Assembly (NCBI GenBank): GCA_051382295.1
Contig: JBBCAW010000033.1
Span: forward strand, 1 to 64,000
Origin: Bdellovibrionota bacterium FG-1
Lineage (GTDB): Bacteria > Bdellovibrionota > UBA1018
Direction: 5' to 3'
Length of the DNA stretch: 64,000 nt
Below the pieces are notes generated by a model, which saw only the letters and a list, made by a program, of their open reading frames with translations, ran no database searches and was not told where the DNA came from. Numbering within the stretch: the first letter of the stretch is position 1; each line of letters begins with the position of its first letter. This document shows positions 29,894-39,199 of this stretch, in pieces. The position numbers and the translations under genes are program-made.

Positions 29894-30613
29894 TTAACGA
29901 CCGGGGTGGCTTTCATTCCCCTCGGAGACAACAGGTAAGTCGGACTCAATCACAATTTCGACCCGCCGATTTTTTCCACGACCCCAATCACTTTTTTCGG
30001 ATTCCAATGGGCGAAAATGCGAAAATCCGGCCACACTCAATCGCGCCGAAGGAAGGTTAAATTTTCCGATCCAATACTTAGCCAACCACGAAGCCCTTCC
30101 AGCCGAAAGCTCCCAGCCTCCCGCGCCTAACTCCTCGCTGGCATCAGTATACCCTTCTACCCGAACCCGCCGCTGAGTCGAGGCAACTACTTTGCCAATT
30201 CGATCCAAGAGAGGCCTAAAATCTTCCTTAGCCTCACGCTCTCCAGGCGAAAACAAACCTTCCGCCGCGATTCGCACGACTAACCCTTGCTTTTCCTGCT
30301 CGATTTGCACCTTGTCCGTCACTTGTGGAATTTCGGAACTGGCCACCAACGTTTCATGAAGCAGCTCTTCCATCTGCTGGAGCTCTGACTCCGATGAAGC
30401 AAAATGCGAAGTCTGCGCGGCGACGGACGGCGCCTTTTCCAGGGGCACCCCAAAGGCTTGACGAACACTGGCTGACGCAGCCTTAGCTTTGGCCACATCC
30501 TGCAGCGAAAGGGCATACATCACGACAAAAAAAGCAAAAAGCAGAGTCATAAAACCCGCATAAGAAGAAACCCATCGGCCGGGCCCCGGAGAAATATAAA
30601 CATCACGCTTCAT
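29894..30613 (-). CDS. motB: Flagellar stator MotB-family protein (atypical)
   Basis: WVSSYAGFMTLLFAFFVVMYA TM; OmpA-like domain VEGYTD, WELSAGRA, KNRRVEIVI. Confidence 0.88.
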   Translation of the reverse strand: MKRDVYISPGPGRWVSSYAGFMTLLFAFFVVMYALSLQDVAKAKAASASVRQAFGVPLEKAPSVAAQTSHFASSESELQQMEELLHETLVASSEIPQVTDKVQIEQEKQGLVVRIAAEGLFSPGEREAKEDFRPLLDRIGKVVASTQRRVRVEGYTDASEELGAGGWELSAGRASWLAKYWIGKFNLPSARLSVAGFSHFRPLESEKSDWGRGKNRRVEIVIESDLPVVSEGNESHPGR

Positions 30614-31352
30614 GAATATACCCCTCGAGCCGCTGCTGTAAAAAATGAGGATTCAAGCCCTCCTGAATGCCGACCACCCCCGCCTTGACCACTTCCTTAC
30701 GCATGATCCTTTGTTCAGCCTTGCGTCTGAGATTGCTCCCCACCGGAAGTAGAATCAAATTAGCCAGCGCCATACCATACACTGTGGCGACAAAAGCGAC
30801 TGCGACGCCCCCGCCGATCTGGCTGGGATTATCCAAAGACCTCATCACATGAATCAAGCCGAGCACCGCTCCAATAATTCCCACGGTCGGGGCGTAACCT
30901 CCTGCCGTTTCCCAAACCAAAGCCCCCGCCCGGTCCTGCCCCAGATCGGTTTCGATCTCATGGTCCAGAATCTCGCGCACGGTCGCAGGATCAAAACCAT
31001 CGATCACATACTTAATGTTCTTTTGGAGCACGGGATCTTTGATGAGGGCTTTTTGGGCTTCGATTGCCAAAACCCCTTCTTTACGTGCCAGCGCCGCCAC
31101 TTCCACGATCTCACTGACCAGGCCACTCACATCTTGATCGACCTTCTGAAAGGCCAAGGGCAGAAGCGCCCAGGCCCGACCCAGCTCCTCACTTGGAAAC
31201 GAAAGCAGCGTCGCCGCCAAAGTCCCCCCAAACACAATCACTGCGGCGGTCCCTGCGAGCACATCGGTGGCATGAAGCCCCTCAAAGAGAACCCCACCCG
31301 CGATCACCACCAGGCCTAAAAATGCGCCGAGGACCGATACTAAGTCGATCAT
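30603..31352 (-). CDS. motA: Flagellar stator MotA-family protein
   Basis: IVFGGT, ARKEGVLAIE, AGGYAPTVGIIGAVLGLI, AFVATVYG, GLNP. Confidence 0.92.
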   Translation of the reverse strand: MIDLVSVLGAFLGLVVIAGGVLFEGLHATDVLAGTAAVIVFGGTLAATLLSFPSEELGRAWALLPLAFQKVDQDVSGLVSEIVEVAALARKEGVLAIEAQKALIKDPVLQKNIKYVIDGFDPATVREILDHEIETDLGQDRAGALVWETAGGYAPTVGIIGAVLGLIHVMRSLDNPSQIGGGVAVAFVATVYGMALANLILLPVGSNLRRKAEQRIMRKEVVKAGVVGIQEGLNPHFLQQRLEGYIHEA

Positions 31353-31408
31353 TCATACTCCTCCCATTGTCAGGGTATCGATTGTTAGTGTAACCTTGGA
31401 ACTCAAGA

Positions 31409-32803
31409 ATGCAAAGCTACGAACCCCCCGTCCCTCCGCATCTTCATGTGCGGGGAAATCAGGCCTTCGACCGACATGCCACTCCCGCGCTGAAGGCGGC
31501 GGCCACGCTCTTTGACTGCGCGGTGACGCTCACCTTGTTTTTCTGGCTGCATCGGCTCCTCAGACTCGCACCGATTCCCTCATGGACCTGGCCGGTCGCG
31601 ATCACTGGCATCTACACGGCTCAATGGACGCTTGGCAAACTCTTGACAGGTCACACCCTCGGGGACATGAGCTGGAGTTTGGGCGCCCTTCGCAGAGGAA
31701 TTGATGCGCCCCTCATGAGTTCGGCTCACCTTGGGAATGGAGTCATTGTACGCGGCATTTTTTTGACGGGACTGGCGATCGCCGCTTGTGCCTGGGCCAC
31801 GGGGGACGCCGTTTTCAGGCAACCCCTCTGGACACTGGCTCAAGAGCTCACCCTCAATTCAACCCTGCCGGACACTCGCTCAGGCGAGTGGGAAATCTTG
31901 CCCTTTTATTACACGCTCGGGGCATGGCCACGCACTTATGCCGAAAAACCGATTTTTTACACCCTTCCCTATGAAAAAGGACCCCCTTCCCGATTTCCCG
32001 GCCACTTGATCGCCATCTGGGAAGAGCCGACCACCCGCCTGACTGTTGAAGGCCCGAAAACCCCGCCCGCGTCCTCAAAAAAGGAGATACGCACCCCCCG
32101 AGCGCGCATTCGTGAATGCCTGGTGGGTTCGGAAAAATCTTGGACCTGCCTCAAAATCCGAGAGACCACCCTCCAGCGCCACTTGAACGAAATCCAAACG
32201 CGACTCATGGGCCAAGCCGGCGGCACAACCGCGCTGCAAATGAGTTGGGCTTTGAGTTGGTTTACGGTTCACAATCCCGCCCTTCCCACTTCTGAACAGG
32301 TGCAGGGCATTTATCTGAGCGCCGAAACGCGATCCCGGGGTGAAGACCGTTTTGTGGTGATCACGGAACAAGGGACCCATCAAGCGATTATCCTGGATTA
32401 CCCCGTCAACTCCTCGGCGCCGCGGGCTCGCAAAACACTTCGAACGGCCATTGCCAGCCTTCGGGTCTCTGATGATTTAGGACCGGGTCGCTCTTGGATC
32501 AATCGCCAACTTCAAGCGGTGGAACTCAGGACCCCCGACCCCGCACGAATTGCGGCTGCCCAGGCCTCGCTGATTGCTAAGATCTCAGTGGAGCCCACGA
32601 GCTTTGAAGCCTTTTACCATCTCGGGGGCACGGCGGTGCTCTTGGACCGGTACGCCCGCCAGGCAGGATCAAACGCCCTAGACATGGCCGCCGTGGCCAG
32701 ACCCCTCATTGAAAACGCCTGGCGCTACGCTCGAGATATTGCGCCCAATGATTCCCGGACCACGGAATTGGAAGGGTTTTGGCTGGAAGCTAGAAAACGA
32801 TAG
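31409..32803 (+). CDS. Hypothetical membrane protein (RDD-like N-terminus, periplasmic C-terminus)
   Basis: 464-aa ORF with N-terminal hydrophobic segments and GHTLG motif. Confidence 0.6.
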   Translation: MQSYEPPVPPHLHVRGNQAFDRHATPALKAAATLFDCAVTLTLFFWLHRLLRLAPIPSWTWPVAITGIYTAQWTLGKLLTGHTLGDMSWSLGALRRGIDAPLMSSAHLGNGVIVRGIFLTGLAIAACAWATGDAVFRQPLWTLAQELTLNSTLPDTRSGEWEILPFYYTLGAWPRTYAEKPIFYTLPYEKGPPSRFPGHLIAIWEEPTTRLTVEGPKTPPASSKKEIRTPRARIRECLVGSEKSWTCLKIRETTLQRHLNEIQTRLMGQAGGTTALQMSWALSWFTVHNPALPTSEQVQGIYLSAETRSRGEDRFVVITEQGTHQAIILDYPVNSSAPRARKTLRTAIASLRVSDDLGPGRSWINRQLQAVELRTPDPARIAAAQASLIAKISVEPTSFEAFYHLGGTAVLLDRYARQAGSNALDMAAVARPLIENAWRYARDIAPNDSRTTELEGFWLEARKR

Positions 32804-33287
32804 GTCGCACCTGAGGACCCCGACAAATTGAACAACACCGACGTCGGTGTTCATTTTTCTTTGAGCCAATGGGTTCTACTGCCGCGGACAGGCAGTTGAT
32901 GCAACTCCTCGCCGCGAATCAAAATGCCGAAGCCCCATAGCACTAGTCAAGATTTTGGCAGTGACAAAAATGGGCCCCGCCAGATCAAAAACGTGATCCT
33001 GTTAGTTTTATTGATTTTTTACATCGCTTCACAATATTTTGACGCCCGCAAGTGACGTTTTTGGGCCAAATCCGGCCTGAATCCCGCAAAATAAAGCACC
33101 AAAGAAAGCAACAGAGAAACTGTCATATTTTTACGCACAAGCGCCGATAAGTCCTGAGAGTGGAACCGAAATACTGGGTAGACACCCACCTCATGGATTA
33201 CCGAAAGACTCTGCAAGCCTCGCCGTACGAGATTTGCATGAATGACTCTTGGGGAAAAGCCACTGAAAAAAAAGGGGGGGCGTAGTT

Positions 33288-34361
33288 TTGAAACCTTTTT
33301 ATTTATTACTCGATCATCATCTGACGCGAATTTGTCTCACCACGACTTTACTCATGCTCGCGCCCGGTTGCCCTTTTCCAGGGTCAACTCCGTCAGGAGC
33401 AGGAACCGGCTCTTCTAGCGCGGATACCACTCCGGCGGCAGCAACGGCTACCGCCACCGTTGCCGCCGCCTTGCCGACGGTGATCACGGGCACCCCACGA
33501 TCCGCAAAAATTATTTTCAAACAAGCCTACCCCAACGGAAGTTTCGATTCAGCCCCCATTTCCGGCACGGTCAATTCACCCGGCCACGGTCTGCAAATTT
33601 CGCGAGTATTTAATGCGGATGGCAGCCTCCTTTCCAATGGGTTAGGCTCGGCGACCTGGCCCAAGTGGCTTTCGGGCTTTGAAATTGGCGTCAGCGGCGC
33701 CAATAACTCGGCTGCCACCAACGGAGCTTGCGCAAAATTCGCGGACGCGACCGAGGCTGCTCGCACCAATAACTGCCACTTTCACACCCAAGACACAGGC
33801 TGCGGGGCCTCCAATGGTTTTTATCGGGTGAGCGAAATCGATTGCCTGCAAAGTACCGCCGCGACACCGGGAACAGGGGGACCGACGGATGGAATTTATT
33901 TTCGCGCCTACTTCGATCGCTCGCAACTAGGCACGGCCGAAAACTTAATGGCCGTATTCGAGTATGTGGCCGCAAGCTATAATGGCGCGCCGAGCGCGCC
34001 CAAAGATTGCCTTAAGAATGGCCAATTTACTCCAGAATCCTGCTCGGATGTCACGTGGAAAGCATTTATCAAGCACAGCGCGAACGAAATGGTGCAACCT
34101 TTTTTATTGCTCGTTCCACCGAATCAGAATTTCACGGACGCCGCGGTCACGACCAGCGGAGTCAATCCGACAGCCCGACAGTTCTTTATCCCGATTGCCT
34201 CGGATCCCTCGATTACGGTTTTGCAAATCAGCCGGATCAACTCGGCATTAAACATCGGCGACCCCGCCGTGCAGCTCGCCTGTTCCAATAACTCGCTCCC
34301 GGCCAACTCTCCGCTTTGCGCGGGCATGATTTTATATTCACTGACGTTGTATCGAATGTAG
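33288..34361 (+). CDS. Cys-rich putative lipoprotein
   Basis: Hydrophobic leader ending LMLAPGC, Ser/Thr/Ala linker, many Cys; C-terminal domain shared with the next gene. Confidence 0.75.
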   Translation: MKPFYLLLDHHLTRICLTTTLLMLAPGCPFPGSTPSGAGTGSSSADTTPAAATATATVAAALPTVITGTPRSAKIIFKQAYPNGSFDSAPISGTVNSPGHGLQISRVFNADGSLLSNGLGSATWPKWLSGFEIGVSGANNSAATNGACAKFADATEAARTNNCHFHTQDTGCGASNGFYRVSEIDCLQSTAATPGTGGPTDGIYFRAYFDRSQLGTAENLMAVFEYVAASYNGAPSAPKDCLKNGQFTPESCSDVTWKAFIKHSANEMVQPFLLLVPPNQNFTDAAVTTSGVNPTARQFFIPIASDPSITVLQISRINSALNIGDPAVQLACSNNSLPANSPLCAGMILYSLTLYRM

Positions 34362-34388
34362 TTTTTAAAATAGGAGAAAGGAAAAAGC

Positions 34389-37300
34389 TTGAAACGCCCT
34401 CTACCCCAAACCCTGATCCGCCAATACGGCGAAAGCCGCGGACTCTCGCTCGCCCTTTCATTCCTATTTGGGATGGCGTTCGGCGGATGTGCGGCCCCCC
34501 TCGATTTTTCGACCACGGCCCAAACCCACATCGACCCCGTCGGCACCCAGGTTTCGCAGCAAGAAGCCCTCCAAGGGGTTAAAATCAGCTTTCACTACTC
34601 GGACTATTACACGCTGACCAATCCGAACTCATCGAACTGTGCAGGGGATGTTCGCTATTTATACGACCCGATGGCGATTATCCTACCGACCGCGCAAAGC
34701 ATACCGAGCGGGGGTTACGGCACGCTTGGCATCCCAGGCCTTCAGGTGGAGACCTCGACGACTGGCGCCCAAAGCCCAATGATGTTGCCCAAGGCCGCAA
34801 GCGGACCTGACGAAACGATTCGACCCACCTTTATTAAAAACGTCGCGGTGGACCTGACGGATGCCAACGCACACGTCCCGCAAAATCTGGCCTATTCCTG
34901 CTCGATTGGCAGTGGGGTCTCGGCCACGCCGGTTTCGAGCTGCGCGACCTTTGACTATGGCGCACTCGGCGGAGTTTCGACGTCTCTGGGCGGGAGCCTC
35001 TTTTTATTTGGCGGCATCCAAGACTATAACTATGCCGGAAGACTTCCGGCGAGTGTCACGGGATTTAACTTTCAGGGTTCTGCGGTGAGCTGCGGCCAAG
35101 TCTTGGCATCAGCGGGTGCGACAAGTTGCAGCACCGGAGTTTACACCTTAGGTGTAAATCGATTACCGCCCTCGGTTTTTGCCACGAGTCCGGATCTCGT
35201 GCCGGGACTGGCAGGAGGCACTGCTCCGACCGAAGCCATCTCCACGTGGGCCAATCTCTCCGCCGCGATGGATTACACCGGACCTAAGGCCAGTGCGGGG
35301 GCGTCGGCTTCTTATGATGCGGGCATTCAGAAAATTCTGCTTTTCGGCGGATCTGCGCCTTTGGATGGGCTGAGTTCGACAGCTCCGGGTGTCACCACTT
35401 ACGATACGTGGGCTTACGATCTCAAAGCGCAGAGCTGGAGCGAGCTCAACGCGAATATTTATGTGCTCAACAGTATTATGAATTTGTACGACACGGCGCT
35501 CGATATTCGGGCGGCGGGGGGGGCACCTGCAAACGGTGCCGACAAAGTCGCCCCTTTCCCCAATAAAATCCCTAAGTCCATCGAGCCACGCGGCCTTTTT
35601 GGTTATGTGGCCGTGCCGGGGATGGCGATGAATTTAGATGCGATGACTAAGAATGGTACGATGACAGCGGGGTTGATCGATTCGACTGATCGCCTGCTCA
35701 TTATCGGGGGCTATGGAAATGGCGTCACTTATTCCGAGACTCACCGGTTTAATCCGACTTATGGGCCGGATATTATGGATGGGTATCCAGGGGGTATTCA
35801 CATTAATTACGGGACTGCTGCGACTAATGGCCTAGATGTTCCTAGCAATCCTGCCTATCAGTGGATCGATAGTTACCATACACAAGTATTAAGTAATTCG
35901 TATGGATCACAGTTTCCGTATGACATCGGTGTTCGATACAGCAGCGGATCGAGCCTTTTCAGCCCCGATTTTCCTCCTCTCAGTTCAGGACCCAAAGGAG
36001 GAGATGGCGCCTATAATACAGCGTTTGCGCCTTTGGTTAACATAGGTGCGGCAGAGGGAATTAAAGGAACCGGCTATGTGCTGGCGGCGGGGGGATTTCA
36101 GGCAGGACTCACCAATAACGTTAAAATGCCAGCCACAACCACAGCCGCGAATGCTGGATGCACCACAGATGGGGCCGCCGTCGCGGCAAATGGGGCTAAC
36201 GCTACTCTCCACTGCGGTGGAGGACTCAGCATTTTAACACGTTATTATGACTATACTTTAGACAGAGGAACCACTGACGAGGGGCGCTCCGACCATTGGG
36301 GTGTCGTGACAAACTTGACTAATCCCCTCTCGACCCCCATTACTCCGGCTGTTTGGACTCAGCAGTTGGAAGATACTACCAGCAACAGCGACTCATCGAC
36401 GGCACAAACGGTCCCTTGGGTAGGAGGAGCTACAATGCTTCCAGGCTTTGACCTCACCACCAATGACGTCGTTTTTTTCGGTGGTATGGATTGCAGCCAA
36501 TACCTCATCTCAGACGGAGGAGCTTGCGCGTTTTCAAGCAACCCAGGCCCAGGCAACCCCGGCCGTTACTGGAGCATGGGAGCCAACCCCGGAAAAGCCA
36601 TTACAACTCATGCAGACAAGATCCAGGCCCCCACCGCTATGACCACTCCCCCTCCTGCTCTCGCCGGCATGGCCTCAGCCCGAGGACTCGACCCCAAAGG
36701 AAACATCCTAATTTTAGCTTGGGGAGGCGCAAAAGATCAGGCGACCATTGGGGGCGCCAATGCCGTTTACTATTTCGACAGCACCAAAATCTGGACAACC
36801 GCAACACCCGCGACTGCAAACGACGTCGTCAAAGCCGCCACCGGCTCCGCCATCCCCGCGGAACTCATCAATGCCTCGATGGTCTTCAGTCACGTGACAC
36901 ACAAGTTTTATGTTTTCGGCGGTTACGATGTCACCTCTTCACTTTCCAAAGGAGACACTTGGGAATTAACAGTCTCGGCAACTGCGGACTCCGATGGCGC
37001 ATGCCAAGGCGGGGCAGGCCATTACTGCACCTTCACCTGGCGCAAACTCACGGCGGATCAAAACAATACAGGAGGCGCGCTGTCTTGCTACCCAAGCTGC
37101 CCCCAAGCGCGCCGTTCGCATCGCATCGCCGAGGTCAATTACGACAATAAAAATCCGGGTGGCATGAATGCTCCAATCACGGGCGAGCAAACCTGCACTG
37201 CAACTTCACCCTGCTCTTACGGCATATTTATGGAAGGAGGCACCAACGATGGCTTCCATTTTCTTTCGGATCGCTGGATGTTTGACCCCACCGCCAACGG

Positions 37301-39125
37301 AGGCGCGGGTCATTGGCAAATGATGGGCGACCTGCCTCCGCGCACGCTAGCCTCGATGACCTCCGTGGATTACACCATTCAATCCACCGGAATCCCCGCA
37401 CACCGTGCCGTGCTCTTTGGCGGTGAAACCGGACTTCACAGCCCCGAAATGGCCGCCACCGAAGCAAGCAATAGCTCCACTCGCTATTTTGTGCCCCCCA
37501 CACTAGGTGACACCTGGATCTTTGATTACGACAATAGCAGTTGGAACCGCGTCCAGCTTTTAGGAAAAGGGTACGAGGCATTTCTCGCAATTCCCGATGC
37601 CGGCGCATCTGAAATCGAACGTCGACAGGCCTATGTCGCGACTGGACCAGATACATTCGGTGGTTCCGCCATCGGCAGCGATGGCAACGGCAAAACCATC
37701 AGCGAACTTTCTCCTCCCCCACTTTCAGGCGCAGTCATGGTCACGCGCACCATGGCTCCTCCTTCTGGACTCACGGCTACCACCCCCCTTCGAAAACTCA
37801 GTCTACCTGAAGTTTACCTCATCGGGGGTCGCACAAAAAAGGGTGCCTTTAACACCTTGGATCATGTTTACAAGTTTTGCATCGCTAGTACCGGTGAGGC
37901 CTTCACCGGCGACTCTCCATCTATCCCCAATAACAACGACTACATTTGCGACGCCTACGACACCAGCACCAACACACTGTCCCCTAATCCACAACCTGGC
38001 TACGTCGGGCGCTGGCTAAGAAAAGCTCCCGAAGGCACCGGCATGACCAGCTCCGCTGTCGGCTCCTTCATGGGCGCCGGCGCCTACGATCCCATCCGCG
38101 ATCGCATTGTGCTTTTCGGCGGCCTCACCGGAACCACGAACGTCACCGACGCCGCAAACACTTATGCTAGTGCCGCGGTTTATGAGTACACGCCGCCACA
38201 GCCTTCACTCTCCAGCGTCACCGCACATCCCCGCGATGGTCGCTGGAGCTTCGTCCCGAACTGCGGCCCCTACGATGCCCCCGAAGCGCGCTACGGTCAC
38301 TCCATGGCTTACGACACCCTCAACCAAAGTCTCATTTTGACCGGGGGCTACGACACCTTTGGCAAACCGCTCACACAGACCATCATCAGTTCGAGCGGAA
38401 AATCTTATCAAATTCCCGAAGTCTGGACCGGTACTTACTATGCTTCAAACGTCGAGGACGGAAGCCTCAACACCAAAAACCCCGGCGTTTTAGTGAGTAA
38501 TGCCCCTTGCTACTACTGGAAACCCATCACTACTTTTGGAAATTCCTTTGACGTCCCCACGCAAGCCCCCCCCGAAACCGGCCTTTCACACGCGGCGAGC
38601 GTCTTTATTCCCTCCACTGGCTACAACACCGGCTATTACACCTTGATGGATAATGCGTGCGAAAAAGAGGGCCCGATCGCCAATGGCGACCCTGCCATCA
38701 ATAAGCTTTTAGCCGGGGGGGCCTATATCGATATTGACCGGAACGCTTTGGGTGCGAACGAAAACCTCCTTCTCACCCTCACCTTCTTACCTTTGGGAAC
38801 TAAAAACCTACGCCCCGATGGGCAAGCCTTTACTCATTCAGAAAGCGCGGTATTTAAAGTTCATTTAATCAAAACCGGCCAGACTGCCGACGTGTTGCAA
38901 TCCATTCAGCAACCCCGCCATTTAGCCTACGCCGATAGCATCACCCAATATCCCGAGGTCGCGCAAAGCCTCTCCATCATTGCGCCCCCCACCGGCCAAA
39001 TTATGCAAGAACAGGTCCTCATCCCGCTGTCGATGGATCCGGGGATTGATCGTATTCGAATTGAGCGCTATTCAGGATCGGGAATTCTGCTGGACGCCTC
39101 GGTATTTAGAATGGGGTCCAAGTAA
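34389..39125 (+). CDS. Large (1578 aa) Kelch-repeat beta-propeller putative lipoprotein
   Basis: Leader ending AFGGC; twelve hydrophobic-GG Kelch motifs, several followed by DTW/W motifs. Confidence 0.8.
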   Translation: MKRPLPQTLIRQYGESRGLSLALSFLFGMAFGGCAAPLDFSTTAQTHIDPVGTQVSQQEALQGVKISFHYSDYYTLTNPNSSNCAGDVRYLYDPMAIILPTAQSIPSGGYGTLGIPGLQVETSTTGAQSPMMLPKAASGPDETIRPTFIKNVAVDLTDANAHVPQNLAYSCSIGSGVSATPVSSCATFDYGALGGVSTSLGGSLFLFGGIQDYNYAGRLPASVTGFNFQGSAVSCGQVLASAGATSCSTGVYTLGVNRLPPSVFATSPDLVPGLAGGTAPTEAISTWANLSAAMDYTGPKASAGASASYDAGIQKILLFGGSAPLDGLSSTAPGVTTYDTWAYDLKAQSWSELNANIYVLNSIMNLYDTALDIRAAGGAPANGADKVAPFPNKIPKSIEPRGLFGYVAVPGMAMNLDAMTKNGTMTAGLIDSTDRLLIIGGYGNGVTYSETHRFNPTYGPDIMDGYPGGIHINYGTAATNGLDVPSNPAYQWIDSYHTQVLSNSYGSQFPYDIGVRYSSGSSLFSPDFPPLSSGPKGGDGAYNTAFAPLVNIGAAEGIKGTGYVLAAGGFQAGLTNNVKMPATTTAANAGCTTDGAAVAANGANATLHCGGGLSILTRYYDYTLDRGTTDEGRSDHWGVVTNLTNPLSTPITPAVWTQQLEDTTSNSDSSTAQTVPWVGGATMLPGFDLTTNDVVFFGGMDCSQYLISDGGACAFSSNPGPGNPGRYWSMGANPGKAITTHADKIQAPTAMTTPPPALAGMASARGLDPKGNILILAWGGAKDQATIGGANAVYYFDSTKIWTTATPATANDVVKAATGSAIPAELINASMVFSHVTHKFYVFGGYDVTSSLSKGDTWELTVSATADSDGACQGGAGHYCTFTWRKLTADQNNTGGALSCYPSCPQARRSHRIAEVNYDNKNPGGMNAPITGEQTCTATSPCSYGIFMEGGTNDGFHFLSDRWMFDPTANGGAGHWQMMGDLPPRTLASMTSVDYTIQSTGIPAHRAVLFGGETGLHSPEMAATEASNSSTRYFVPPTLGDTWIFDYDNSSWNRVQLLGKGYEAFLAIPDAGASEIERRQAYVATGPDTFGGSAIGSDGNGKTISELSPPPLSGAVMVTRTMAPPSGLTATTPLRKLSLPEVYLIGGRTKKGAFNTLDHVYKFCIASTGEAFTGDSPSIPNNNDYICDAYDTSTNTLSPNPQPGYVGRWLRKAPEGTGMTSSAVGSFMGAGAYDPIRDRIVLFGGLTGTTNVTDAANTYASAAVYEYTPPQPSLSSVTAHPRDGRWSFVPNCGPYDAPEARYGHSMAYDTLNQSLILTGGYDTFGKPLTQTIISSSGKSYQIPEVWTGTYYASNVEDGSLNTKNPGVLVSNAPCYYWKPITTFGNSFDVPTQAPPETGLSHAASVFIPSTGYNTGYYTLMDNACEKEGPIANGDPAINKLLAGGAYIDIDRNALGANENLLLTLTFLPLGTKNLRPDGQAFTHSESAVFKVHLIKTGQTADVLQSIQQPRHLAYADSITQYPEVAQSLSIIAPPTGQIMQEQVLIPLSMDPGIDRIRIERYSGSGILLDASVFRMGSK

Positions 39126-39199
39126 GGGGGAGGTCAAGGGAGACACAGATGACGAAATCTATAAAACACGTAGAATATCAAAAAGGGGGATAAATACGG

